Assembly: GCA_964234715.1 (NCBI GenBank)
Contig: OZ174289.1
Length of the DNA: 64,000 nt
Source: Podarcis melisellensis
Lineage: Eukaryota
Reading direction: 5' to 3' (one strand)
Position 1 is the first letter of the stretch; each line of letters starts with the position of its first letter. Shown one piece after another: positions 53,311 through 63,479 of the stretch. The position numbers were made by a program, and so were the translations under genes. The notes below the pieces were generated by a model. The model searched no databases and was not told the DNA's origin. It saw only the letters and a list, made by a program, of their open reading frames with translations.

Positions 53311-56300
53311 ATAACCCCAATCTGAATTGGACTCACACAATGAGAGGACAGGAATGGAGTGTCCAGAAAGAAGGACTAGGCGTAGAACACTAAACAAGAG
53401 CACTCCATGTTGCAACATTTTGTTGGAAGCCCCAACTGTCCATAATATTTATGTGTTAATTCGTTTTCCATTCCACATTTCAAAAGAGGTCTCTGGGCAG
53501 TTTACAAATACCAACAAAAAGGAATCGATGTAAGATATACAATGCCAATTCCACATTCAGAATGAAACAGTATTGATACCAAGTTTATTGTAATAATGAT
53601 CACAATAATTCCACATTTTAAGTATGAACGGAAGGGATGTAGCTCGGTGGTTAAGCATCTGCTTTGCATGCAGGTTCAATCCCCGGCATCTGCAGGTGGA
53701 GTTGAGAGAGATCCTCGTCTGAAACCTTGGAGAGCTTCTGCCAGTCAGTGTAGAGGATACCAAGCAAGATGGACCAATAAGGCAGCTTCCTCTGTATGTT
53801 GTTCTAAAGTAACGTAATAAATTAAATATATTTAAACAATGTACCATATTTACTCAAATGTAATATACACCGTTTTCTGTCCAAATTACTTTCTGAAAAT
53901 TAGGGTGCGCATTAGATTTGATGGTGCCAGCAAATACTTTTCTGGTTTCAAGGTTTTGAAAACTGAGGTGCGCTTTAGATGCGATGGCATTTGCATAAAT
54001 ATGGTACATTAGTAAGGCAGCTGAAAACCACAAAAGCAAATTATATACATGATTCAGGATTATATACATGAATCAGGTAGGTAGCTGTGTTGGTCTGACG
54101 CAGTCAAAATAAAATATTAAAAAATTGTCCAGTAGCAGCACCTTAGAGACCAACTAAGTTTGTTCTGGGTATAAGAAGTGTGCATGCATATGAAAGGTTA
54201 TACCCAGAACAAACTTAGTTGGTCTCTAAGGTGCTGCTACTGGACACTTTTTTTAATTTTTAAAATTATATACAAAACAACAAAAGACATCACAATAATA
54301 ATACTAATACAGTTATTAGTGAGTCGTCTTCCTCCTGGTTAGCCCAAGAAATCCAAACTTCCAGTATGCCATTTTTCAGACTTGAAAAAATATTAGGGTG
54401 GAATTTAACCCAGAGCTAAATGGGGTATGCACACAGGAAATGGGGTCTGTTCATGAGGGCCATACAAGAGAGGCCTGGAAGGTTGCATTTAGCTCCCAGG
54501 CTCCTCACTCCTGATGCAGGACTCCAGGCTAGTCAGGAGGCTGAACCTGAGAGAATCCTGGGCAAAGTGGATGGATAGGTCCAAGGTTTGGCACCTGATT
54601 TCTGATTTGGAGCCCTTCTGTTAACCAACTTTCCCTTTCCCTGTGCTTATTTCTGAAGCCAAGTCGTTTTAGCCCTCTCTACTCCAGCACATCAAATAGT
54701 TCCGAGGACAGTTACGTGCCAATGCACCCCAGCATCTCCCCACCGATCCCGGGATCTGACTGCACACCTGACGGCTACATTCCCATGAGTCCAGGCTCAG
54801 CTACATTTATCCGCTCTGCAGCCAGCATAGAAAAAATCTCCAGCCCTCTGCCCGAGCTCCCCACAGACCTGGAACCACCTCCGGTCAACCGGGATCTCAA
54901 GCCTCGTCGAAAATGTGAGCTTGTCTTTCCGCAAGCTGTTTTTCAAGCACCTCTATGTGTTTATCTTGGGAGTTTCAGGAGTTGATTTGATGAGTCCAGT
55001 AAGTGGATATCGGGGACAGTGAACAAGTCCAGGACAAATTCAGCCTGGGGCATGTCCAGAATACAGTGGCTAGGTCTGCAAGCTCCCATTTTAGTTTTCC
55101 ACAGTGCCTTCACTGGCACTCTGCTTCCAATTCTGGTGTGAGTGGTGTGAAGCAAGTAAAAGTTGGACTGGGCTGAATGGGGGTTTGCTTGTGCTGCCAA
55201 TCAGATTTGATGACACCTGCAAACCCTTGTGGGGATTGATGAAGCTTTCCGGGTTGTGGCTGTGCCCTCTTGGTTTGATTTCAAACTATCCACGTGAAAA
55301 TGGGCCACCTGCTGTCATGGTGATGACAGGAGATTGGCAGGTGCCTTGCCCACAGAGGAGTGGGGACGTGATCTGCTGCCCAGATCCAGTTTCACAATCC
55401 TGAGGTAAGCCCAGGACTGAGGACCCACTAGTATATGAGGGACCCCCACCAGAGGCCCCTATGATTAATTTGATTTGCTCAAACTTGGAGCTGGCCTTGC
55501 AAAGGACAGAACAAACAGCTGACGTTTGAGCAAATACAATGTTCATTGGGTGGGTCACTTGTTAATTACAGGCTTGAGGTGTGTTTTTTCTATTCTCAGA
55601 AGTCACTCAAGAAGTAGGTGTCTTTGGGACTGCAGTCCTAGTAGTGGAGTTGGAAAGCCAGGAGGTTGGCCTGGCTTTCCAGAGGAACTAAACTGGTATC
55701 TGAACTGTACAAAATCTGGCCTGCGGGAGTGCAGGCCAGAACTATGTTAAAATAAATATGCAGAGGTAGATGAGATGGTTGAGGAAAAGGACTAGAGGCA
55801 GGAGATGTGGTTGTGGATGGGCTGTTGGTCAGGTTGCAGATGGGAAGAGATGGAGGGGCTTCATTGCTACTTGGTGAACAAGATGCTCAGACCAAGCCTG
55901 GAGCAACAGTTTTTTAGAGCCAGCCAGGTCCCCATTGGTCGCCTCAAATCACCAGACCTGGCTTGTGTTGATGAGATTGCAGTACCTTCCCTGATCATTA
56001 AAAGGGTGGTGCTGTTACCCTGGAAAGATCAGACCAGTAACTCCTGCAGCCTGTGAGCTACTTTGGAGTAGCAAGAATATTTATTTTATTGCATTTATAT
56101 CCCACCTTATATCCCACCTTTTCTTTAAAGGAGAACATAGTTCTCACCCTCCTCAATCCCTACAACAACCATGTGGGGTAGGTTAGTCTTAGTGGCAGTG
56201 ATTGATCACCCAGTGAGCTTCATGGCAAGTGGGGATTTGAACCCTGGCCTCCAAGGTCCTGGTCCAACACTCTAACCACTACACCACTGTGGCTCTATAA

Positions 56301-59300
56301 AGAAATTAAGGAAGCTCTGCTACCTGGGTCCACAGTATGAGCCCCCTGATGTCATAAACTTCCTTTCTTGGAACTGCTTCCATCCTGTTAAGTAACCGGC
56401 TACCCACACAGCAAGTTTACAACCGGATCTGCCCCTGTCCTTGGCCAGCTCTGTGGCAGTAAGAAGTCTTCTCTCTTTAAATCTTCAGTCCGACCACCTC
56501 CGCTGGACCTGCGAAACCTTTCCACCATCCGAGAACATGCTGCCTTAACCAGGACGTGGACTGTGCCTTAGTAAGTGGGTGTGAAACCTGTCCCAACAAT
56601 TTTTTTAGGAGATTGGTCTTGGCAGATGGTTGGAGGAACTATTAAAGTAGTATCCCTGGATCTCAGTATGGGGGGGCATTTACCTAGTATCCTGCTGTGC
56701 TGTATGGTTCATGAATGAACAGCTTACTGCTCTTTCACCAAACAGGTCTCGCACATACACTCATGCCTAATACACACATCACAAAGCAGAGGTAAGTGTC
56801 AAAATAAGTACACACAGAATACATTTTTTAACTATAATGTCATAATATGTTTGAAGAGGCATACCAAGTCAAAGGGCATATAGGGTTTTTCACACTTACC
56901 TTTTTCTGGTGGCATAGTTGCTCCCTTTGGTTTTCTGTTTTGTTTTGTTTTGTGGCATTGCATACTGCCATGTGCCACTGTTATTATTCAGTTACTATTT
57001 CAGAATAATGTACTGAAAAAGAAAAGAAAATTTTCTTCTTCTTCTTCTGCCACATCAAATCTCACATTAAGTTTTGGCCTTGAGGCCAGAAAGGACATCA
57101 CCACACCTGATTTATACCCAAACAACGTTACTATAATTCACTTAAGCTGTGGTTTTACTTGCAGAGAAGGAGAGCAAGTTTAAACGGCCAGTGTTTATCT
57201 GCCTTTTATATTTCTAACATACTGCCTCTACAAGCTTCCGTACTAGTAACAAACACAGCATGTATTATTTGCAACTAAATAGAGCCAGTATACAATCCTG
57301 GAGCATAAATTCCACCTAGGCTGGATCTAGACACATCAAAGAAGTGTTTCAGTTAAACGAGTTGCAAATTTTGTAAGAGAAATTGGGTTGGTAAAAATGG
57401 AACTCCACAGCGCCATCTGGTGTCACAGTATTAGAATGCATAAACCGCATCTAAAGCACTTCTTCTTTGCCAATGTAGCCGAGTTCCTAGTCTGTGTGCC
57501 TGATGCACACATCTGCTTAGGGAAGCAACTGAAACAATCATTTCTGTTTCTAAACCCATGTAAGGCATAGGTGTAAGATAATTCACTTGAAGATAAACTT
57601 TCTAGAAGGAAAGGGTAGTGGTAGAGTTGGGAAGAAAGGTGTTTCCCTGTGACATGGAAAGTAATTTGCATGCTGTTTAGTGAACAAACTCCAAATATTC
57701 ATGATGTACACAGCAACATGTGCAATATATGGCCTATTGTGTCATTATAATGCTCAACCTCAAGTCAAAACTACATATTTTTGCTCTTGTTCATAGAATT
57801 TTGAATAGAGCATTTTTTGCATAGAAAAGCAGACTATGTTTGATGAAGGGCCATGATTATGTGTGCAAATTATAATATGTTTGTATTATGTTCAGATAAC
57901 ATTTTAAACCAGGTTTGTTTAAGTCTTAGTGGAACTTGATATTTAAAATCCTATATAGATTCTTAAAATCTATTTTATAATTTCAGTTTTTTAGAAAAAT
58001 CAATCCTTGCTCTGAAAATTTGCACTTTTTGCATTTTATGCTAAGGTTAGTAATATAAAAAATAAATAGGAAGCTGACTTGACTATTACTTGAAGATGAC
58101 ATTTCTAAGATCAAGTGTAGTGTAGCTGTGAATGTTGAACAAACATCAGCCCAAAGCAAACATCATTTGATACTCTGATTCGGTTGCACTGTTTTTGTGA
58201 GTTATGGGCAAATAAATTGTGCTTCACATGTAGTGTTGACCCAACCTTGTTTAGTTTTAATGACGTTTCTTTTAAACATTAGCATTCCTTACAGGAAAAT
58301 TATTTATATATTGTCTCATTCCACAGGGAGACTGTAAGCAAAGTTTCTAAACAAACTTTCAATACAAATTCTGTGGATCTCATCCCTGCTTTTTAAGAAG
58401 ACAAGAAAATGTTTTTCTTTCCTCCCAAAATTAAATTGGCTTCAATTAAACAGAGAGATTTGCATCATTCTTGCTTTAAGACAGCACATGTATTTGCAAG
58501 TTCAGTGGTGATCTTTGGAGCAGGAATAACCAACGCAGTGCCCTCCAGATATTGTTGCACTGCAGCTGCCATCACCCTGGACCTTTGGCCATGCTGACTT
58601 GGACTAAAGGGAGTTTGAATACAACAAAATTGGGGAAGGGCCATAGCTCAGTTTTAGAGCATCTGCTTTGCATGCAGAAGGTCTAAGTTCCAAAACCTGG
58701 AAGCTCCAGGTAGGACTAGGGCAGAATCCTGTCAGTCATTGTAGACAGTATTGAACTAGATGGACCAACAGTCAAATTTGGTTTAAGGTAGTTTCCTATA
58801 TTCCTAATATCTGGTGATCACTACATTGGCTATCCCTACCTTGAGGGGTTCCTGCCTTTCTCCTGGCACCCCAGGGAGTTTCCTTAGTAAACCAGATTAG
58901 GTGGATATGTAGTTATTCTATCTTCACAACTGTTCTGCTCCAGCGGATGACTCCAATGGAAAGAGCATTCTGGCTAAAGTAGGGGGTTCATGGAAAAAGA
59001 GGTCAGGTTCCTGCAAGCAGCGTTAGTTGTGGCAATGCAGGATTGGAATGGATGGCTCCCTGTGAAACTCCAGCTAGAGCAAATTGTATTAGCACGTACA
59101 AAGAGGTCAGGCCAGAGTTCAACATCCTGTTCTTACAGGATGTTATGGGAAGCCCATAAGCAGGACCTGAATGCAACAGCAGTAACTGGCATCCGTTGTG
59201 AATGTTGCTTCAGCAACAGATAACTCATAACTGAGTATTTAAGTGGAGGTTAAGTGGTTAGCTTTGCCCACAATGGGAGAAGCCTATTTAGTTAAAAAGG

Positions 59301-62300
59301 CCTTGCTTGTTTCAGCAGCCATTTGAGAATTTTGGTTGCGGCTACAGAGTTAATTCAGTATATTTCAGTATTGTTGTAAGAAGCAGTAAGCTTGTTACCC
59401 GTTCCTTCCACTTCTTCTCCCCAGCCTATTTTCTTCATTCTCGCACATACATACATATACATACATACATACATACATAATAAATAAATAAATAAATAAA
59501 TGTGTGTTTATGTGTTAAACACAGGAATATATATTTCTATCGGTATTAACTGAGCCTAAATATCTCAGGCATTACTTTCTGAGAAATGTTCTGCTTTCAT
59601 ACCATGGGGCAAAACACTGGGGAGAGAAGTAATATCAGGAACATAATTCTAGACGGACAGAAGGTGAGAGGAGAAAGGGTTAAGAATCCCTTCCCCTCCT
59701 CCATACCTGTGCTCCAGCTGATTCTTCATGGCACCTGCTTTTCAATTAAAAAATCAAGTCCTCCATAGACTTTTCACCATCTGCTTTTGGGATGTTCAGC
59801 CTTCCCCAACTTGTTACCCTCCAGAAATTTTGGGCTACAGTTCTCATAATCTCTGACCATTGGCTGTTTGTGCAAGCGCTGATGGGAATTGTAGTCCAGA
59901 ATGTCTGGGGGGGCTGGTCTAGTTTACCCTGAGATGGCGTCTGCTCCAGTTCTGCTTGTGAGTATGCACTCTCTCTCTCTTCACCGCTTCTTTCTTGGCC
60001 ATTTAGCTGTGGATGGTGGCACATCATACTGATATTGTAACATCATATCCACTGTGTTGATCTGTTCCTCAGTACCTACTACTGGTCTACCAGAGTTCTG
60101 TCCTCTCAGAGGAGGCCTGTCCTCTCAGAGGAGGGGTAACCAGTGTGGTGCCCTTCAGAGGTTGATGTAGTACAAAGTCCATCACCTCCAGCCACCGTGG
60201 TCAATTGTTAGGGATGATGGGAGTTGTAGTTCAAACTAGGAAAGCGTTGTTGTTGTTGTTGTTTTTATACAGTGGTACCTCGGGTTAAGAACTTAATTCG
60301 TTCTGGAGGTCTGTTCTTAACCTGAAACTGTCTTTCAACCTGAAGCACCACTTTAGTTAATGGGGCCTCCTGCTGCTGCCGTTGCGCCGCCGCTGCACAA
60401 TTTCTGTTCTCATCCTGAAGCAAATTTCTTAATCCGAGGTAATATTTCTGGGTTAGCGGAGTCTGTAACCTGAAGCGCATGTAACCTGAGGTACCACTGT
60501 ACTGTTATTTCTATCTGAGGATGAGAGGGCAGTTTGCAATATAAAAACACAAAAATACATACCATAGTAATAAACAATAATAATACCCCACACACCAACC
60601 CAGTTTAAAAGGCCATAGTTTGTTTAATGAAAGGCATGGGAGAAGATGAATGTTTTTGTTGGATGCCTAAAGATACGTAACAAAGCACTACTTTTGCACA
60701 CTTGAAGATCTGTTCTAGAGCCCTGAACCAGCTTTGTAAGATGCTTCCATTTGCATTTACCTGATAAAACCAGGGGGTGCTTGCCCCTGAAGTTGGTAAA
60801 AAGATGGGACATTGAATAAAAGGATAAAGTTCATTGATGAACACTGGAAATATCTAGCTTGCCAGCTTTCCTCTTAAGATCATGTCTTGAGAACTTGTGG
60901 TTGGTTTGAAAAACATTACACAGACATATCTGGCAATAGATTTGGCAGCTTTTTTTACTTTGTAAGAGGACTGAGTAGCAGACATTTCCCATGTGCAAAT
61001 AACAAATCTTTTTGCAGATGATTCACGGTGGTTGCAGTTCCTCTGCATATAGTTGCAGTAGCTAATTAATTTGTTTCTGCCTCCAAAACTGTTGCTACCC
61101 ATACAGCAAGACAAGTACTTAGGCCCCGATGTGATGGACATTTGCCTCTGTTTATGCTCCTTCCTTGACCATTCTTTGATGTCTGCAGCTTCCAATAATG
61201 CCATGGCGGCCATTTTTACTGTCAGATTCGATTGCAGAAATGACTAATTTCCCAAGAGGACACTGATGAGATTGTAACTTCCTTTGTTAGCTAACGTAAC
61301 CTCTGTAGCGTTGCTGGGCTTTGGGCGGGCTTATTCCCCACACTGGGCAACGTCAGGTTTTGGCTTGGTTTCAGAGCATCTGTGAAAACTCTTCTTTGAC
61401 TTCTCTTTTGTTTGTGTTTTGGGTTTCCCCCACCCTCCTCCTCCTCCTGCACTAGCAATCGAACAAGCTTTATCTCTCCAGAAAGAGACTGCATTAATTC
61501 AGCGAGAGTATTTGCCAGTTCAGTTTCCGGAGAGGAAGAAGAAAGTTACATTCAAATGGTAATCATTTTCATGCAACTCTCCTTTGACAAATCATGTGAG
61601 CGGAAAGGCTCAGAGAAGTCAAATTTTTCAGCCAAACATGTGGCAGGGGCTCCCCTTTGCCCTACTGAAGAAATTTAGTGCAGGCACACAAGGGCCAATT
61701 GACGCAGTGATAAGGGAAGCCTTTTTCCCATTCCTACAGATCTCCGTTGTTCCCACAAGTGTTGGTGGCACATCTCCAAGCAATCTCAAACATATACATG
61801 GTGATTTGCTGGAGGCAAAGAGAGAACCTCAAAATTTTCCCTACCATTTTTAGACAAGAGCCTTTATGGAACCCCTTAAGAGCGCACAAAACTCCAGGGA
61901 GATATGTTGGGGAAAGATTGTAGCTTGATGGTTGAGCTAGTGTTTTATGTACAAAAGATCCCATGTCTTATTCCTGTATTTCCAGCTAGGGCTGGAAAAG
62001 AGACGCTGCCTGAAACCCTGGAAAGTCATTGTCAGTAAGTGTAGATAACCTTTCCCCAACCTGGTGCCACCCAGATGATTTGGACTATGGCTCCTGCACG
62101 GTCAGTCATAAAGTATGCTGGGAGCTGTAGTATAACAAGCGGACCAGGTTGGGGAATAGTGGTGCAGACGTACTAAACTAGATAGACCAGTGGTCTGTCT
62201 CTGTATATGGTATGTTCTGAGCCCAAACATTACAAGGAAGGATTGTAGCACAGTAATAAAAGTAACTGCTTTACATGCTGTGGGGCTACATTCTGTCCTT

Positions 62301-63479
62301 ACTATCTCCAAGCAGTGTTGGGAAAGACTACCAGAAACCCTGGATAGCCACTGCCAGTGAGGGCAAAACAGGGGTAGCCAATGTAATGTCCTCCAGGTGT
62401 TGCTGGACTACAACTCCCATTATCCCTGGCAATTGACCATGCTGGCTGTGGCTGATTGGAGTTGCATCCTGACAGTATCTGGAGGACAGCACACTGGCTA
62501 CCCTCAATGTAGGAAACACTGAGTGATCTGACTTGGTATAAGGCAGCTTCCTATGTTCCTAACATTTTGTTGTCTTTTTGCATTGTACAAGGTTAGCCTT
62601 CCCCGGCCTGGCACCCTCCAGATCATTTGCAGGGGGCACACCTCCTAGCAGAACCCCATAGTTCAAAACTTCTGGGGAGCACCAGGTTGGCCAAGACTGC
62701 AGTCTATGCAAATGTTTCTCTTGAACAACAGAGGTGCCTTAAATGGCCTGGTGACAGCCGGGACGAGAAGGATTGGGAGCCATAGAGATGTTGAAATAAT
62801 ATGGAAGCTGCCTCTCTTGTTAAAGCATGATCATGGTTGTAGTGCAGGGGTGGAGAACCTTTTTCGCCCAATGGGCCAGTTCTTTAATTCCCACCTGCAC
62901 AGGATACCTGTGACAAGTGGATGGAACCACCCACCTGTCAAAGTTGGCTACTGGGGGTGGCGGGAGGTAGAGGCTAAGCAGGAATGAACAACTTGTGCAT
63001 CAGCTGATGGGCTGAGGGTTCAGTCCTTTCTTCAGCAATCAGCCCTTTAAGGAATTTGGCATGGACAGCCAAACTGAGCAAGCTTGAATCCCCTCCTCAC
63101 CTATCAGTTAGTGGGTAATCTACTTTCTGCAGCAATCAAGCCTGCCCATCAGCCCTAGTAAACCAAATTGGAAAACGTGGTGAACCAATATGATTTGTGG
63201 GCTGAAGGCTTCCTGCCCCTGCTGTAGAACATGAGGGAAAGGCAACACACACACATAAAACTTTTAAATTTGTTGTCTATAGGCAATACACACACACACA
63301 CAAAACTTTTAAATTTGTTTTGACAATGCCTATTTCTTCATTTTCTTATGGTCATGGTTCATTCTCAACAGGAGCAAGCAACATCTCCATGCAATGGAGC
63401 ATTCCAATGGCCAAAGAACTTCAGCCTTGATTATTTAGCACTGGATTTTAATTCCGCTTCTCCGTCTCCTGTACAAAAG
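35033..63479 (+). CDS. GAB3: GAB3 (GRB2-associated-binding protein 3), partial spliced CDS: join(35033..35336,43422..43638,47447..47919,52051..52106,54659..54914,56489..56570,61456..61558,63372..63479); first and last exons outside window
   Basis: Eight exons with AG/GT boundaries and compatible phases; they total 1599 nt = 533 codons with no stop. Translation follows human GAB3 as recalled: PH domain AWRKRWFVLR..., FLPDYL.LSNCETG, PPPRPPKP, RDKRLSLNL, YVPM/YIPM, PPPVNRDLKP, RPPPLDLRNLS, YIQM, SLDYLALDFNSASP. Confidence 0.96.
40477..40607. mobile_element. hAT-type MITE (131 bp)
   Basis: TIR catgggcatggcca / tggccaagcccatg; perfect 8-bp TSD cttcctgg at 40469 and 40608. Confidence 0.85.
43422..43638 (+). 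CDS. GAB3: GAB3 exon 3 (217 nt)
   Basis: cctttgtcacag|AT TCC...GTC AG|gtatc; (D)SGDSLSHTTTSPQPSP...EETASESESVFLPDYLFLSNCETGKLSHV; phase 1 to phase 2; not present in the ORF track in this frame. Confidence 0.93.
43890..46160 (-). repeat. Copy B of the inverted duplication, with ~0.85 kb of extra sequence bounded by a 70-bp direct repeat (44086-44155 / 44968-45037)
   Basis: Reverse complement matches 16580-17960 in two blocks (about 44985-46160 and 43890-44180). Confidence 0.8.
46705..47035 (+). mobile_element. L2 LINE 3' end
   Basis: YNLKEHL...ARTLRSSSKGLLVVPS and RAFSVVAPALWN motifs typical of the L2 ORF2 end; 3' UTR ending taaataataaa. Confidence 0.8.
47447..47919 (+). CDS. GAB3: GAB3 exon 4 (473 nt), includes PPPRPPKP Grb2-SH3 motif
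   Basis: tttcctttcag|G TGC...AGA G|gtaagg; (R)CHSWSNSDRSLEQTSSDDVFVD...NTPPPRPPKP...LVPRRISLSGLDSMRSWR. Confidence 0.95.
49188..49739 (-). mobile_element. 5'-truncated RTE-BovB LINE fragment
   Basis: Minus-strand translation MTNLDSILKSRDITLPTKVRIVKAMVFPVVMYGSESWTIKKADRRRIDAFELWCWRRLL and DSLEKTLMLGKMEGTRRRGRQRTRW; frameshifted; (caa)-type tail; TSD tcagtgtt at 49180 and 49740. Confidence 0.93.
49741..50130 (-). mobile_element. Old L2-like fragment, host of the BovB insertion; similar decayed pieces at ~20270-20560 and ~36440-36690
   Basis: Degenerate L2-type motifs (ttgtttagggctttaaat...ttgaattgggcccagaaacaaactggcagcca). Confidence 0.55.
50610..50938 (+). mobile_element. Sauria (Squam1-type) SINE with a ~20-bp internal deletion
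   Basis: Same family as 22211-22567; near-perfect TSD taacctggaaga (50598-50609) / taaactggaaga (50939-50950). Confidence 0.92.
51203..51499. mobile_element. Second Tc1/mariner-type MITE family
   Basis: 22-bp TIR cagtggtgcc(c/t)cgcaagacgaa with one mismatch; TA TSD; internal cgcaagacga and gctaagccgct repeats; CpGs retained, so probably young. Confidence 0.88.
52051..52106 (+). CDS. GAB3: GAB3 exon 5 (56 nt)
   Basis: tttttgatttgcag|CT GAC...AAT TTG|gtaagt; (A)DLEGNSLRRRDKRLSLNL. Confidence 0.93.
52126..52165. repeat. (CA)n microsatellite about 20 nt downstream of the exon 5 donor; other (CA)n tracts near 18571 and 26368
   Basis: Direct reading. Confidence 0.95.
52301..52687. mobile_element. 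Palindromic hAT-type MITE interrupted by a second hAT MITE
   Basis: Ends caaggtttcccaaacttgg / ccaagtttgggaaacactg; near-perfect 8-bp TSD gtttaggc / gtttaggt. Confidence 0.8.
52349..52593. mobile_element. hAT-type MITE nested in 52301-52687
   Basis: Ends tgtggttgccata / tatggcagcccta; perfect 8-bp TSD tacaattc at 52341 and 52594. Confidence 0.85.
53029..53160. other. Assembly gap (132 N)
   Basis: Run of N. Confidence 1.
53631..53798 (+). mobile_element. tRNA-derived SINE (Squam3-like); further copies at ~4366-4500(+), 36238-36415(-), 41509-41695(-), 58635-58806(+), 61915-62225(+), 62280-62562(+)
   Basis: A-box tagctcggtgg and B-box ggttcaatccc; body gaaacc(c/t)tggagagc...gccagtcagtgtaga...gatggacc...aaggcagcttcct. 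Confidence 0.75.
53844..54004. mobile_element. pogo/Tc2-like MITE remnant
   Basis: Inverted ends ccatattta...taaatatgg flanked by TA (15-bp perfect inverted match including flanks, 53838-53852 / 53996-54010). Confidence 0.65.
54073..54260. mobile_element. Penelope-like element remnant forming an inverted repeat
   Basis: Perfect 49-bp arms 54126-54174 / 54198-54246; resembles recalled squamate Penelope pseudo-LTR sequence (gtagcaccttagagaccaac...gaagtgtgcatgca); aaattatataca at 54038 and 54263. Confidence 0.7.
54659..54914 (+). CDS. GAB3: GAB3 exon 6 (256 nt), YVPM and YIPM motifs and PPPVNRDLKP
   Basis: ttatttctgaag|CCA AGT CGT...AAA T|gtgagc; PSRFSPLYSSTSNSSEDSYVPMHP...DGYIPMSPG...ISSPLPELPTDLEPPPVNRDLKPRRK. 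Confidence 0.93.
56085..56297 (-). mobile_element. MIR/CORE-like (Squam2-like) SINE
   Basis: Minus strand tggtgtagtggttagagtgttggac...gggttcaaatcccc tRNA head plus a cctacc..catggttgttgt core. Confidence 0.7.
56489..56570 (+). CDS. GAB3: GAB3 exon 7 (82 nt)
   Basis: aaatcttcag|TC CGA...CCT TA|gtaagt; (F)RPPPLDLRNLSTIREHAALTRTWTVP(Y). Confidence 0.93.
59445..59500. repeat. Compound (TACA)n(TAAA)n microsatellite
   Basis: Direct reading. Confidence 0.9.
60270..60499. mobile_element. Same MITE family, same orientation as 19228-19453
   Basis: TIR cagtggtacctc...; TA TSD; internal sequence close to 19228-19453. Confidence 0.9.
61456..61558 (+). CDS. GAB3: GAB3 exon 8 (103 nt), YIQM motif
   Basis: cctcctgcactag|C AAT CGA...CAA ATG|gtaatc; NRTSFISPERDCINSARVFASSVSGEEEESYIQM. 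Confidence 0.93.
63372..63479 (+). CDS. GAB3: GAB3 exon 9 (108 nt), YLAL SHP2-binding motif
   Basis: ttctcaacag|GAG CAA...CAA AAG|gtaggc; EQATSPCNGAFQWPKNFSLDYLALDFNSASPSPVQK. Confidence 0.93.

Noticed and set aside
53631-53700. tRNA-like A/B boxes here and at 22211, 50610, 56230 and 58635
   Set aside because: These are SINE heads followed by SINE bodies, not tRNA genes.
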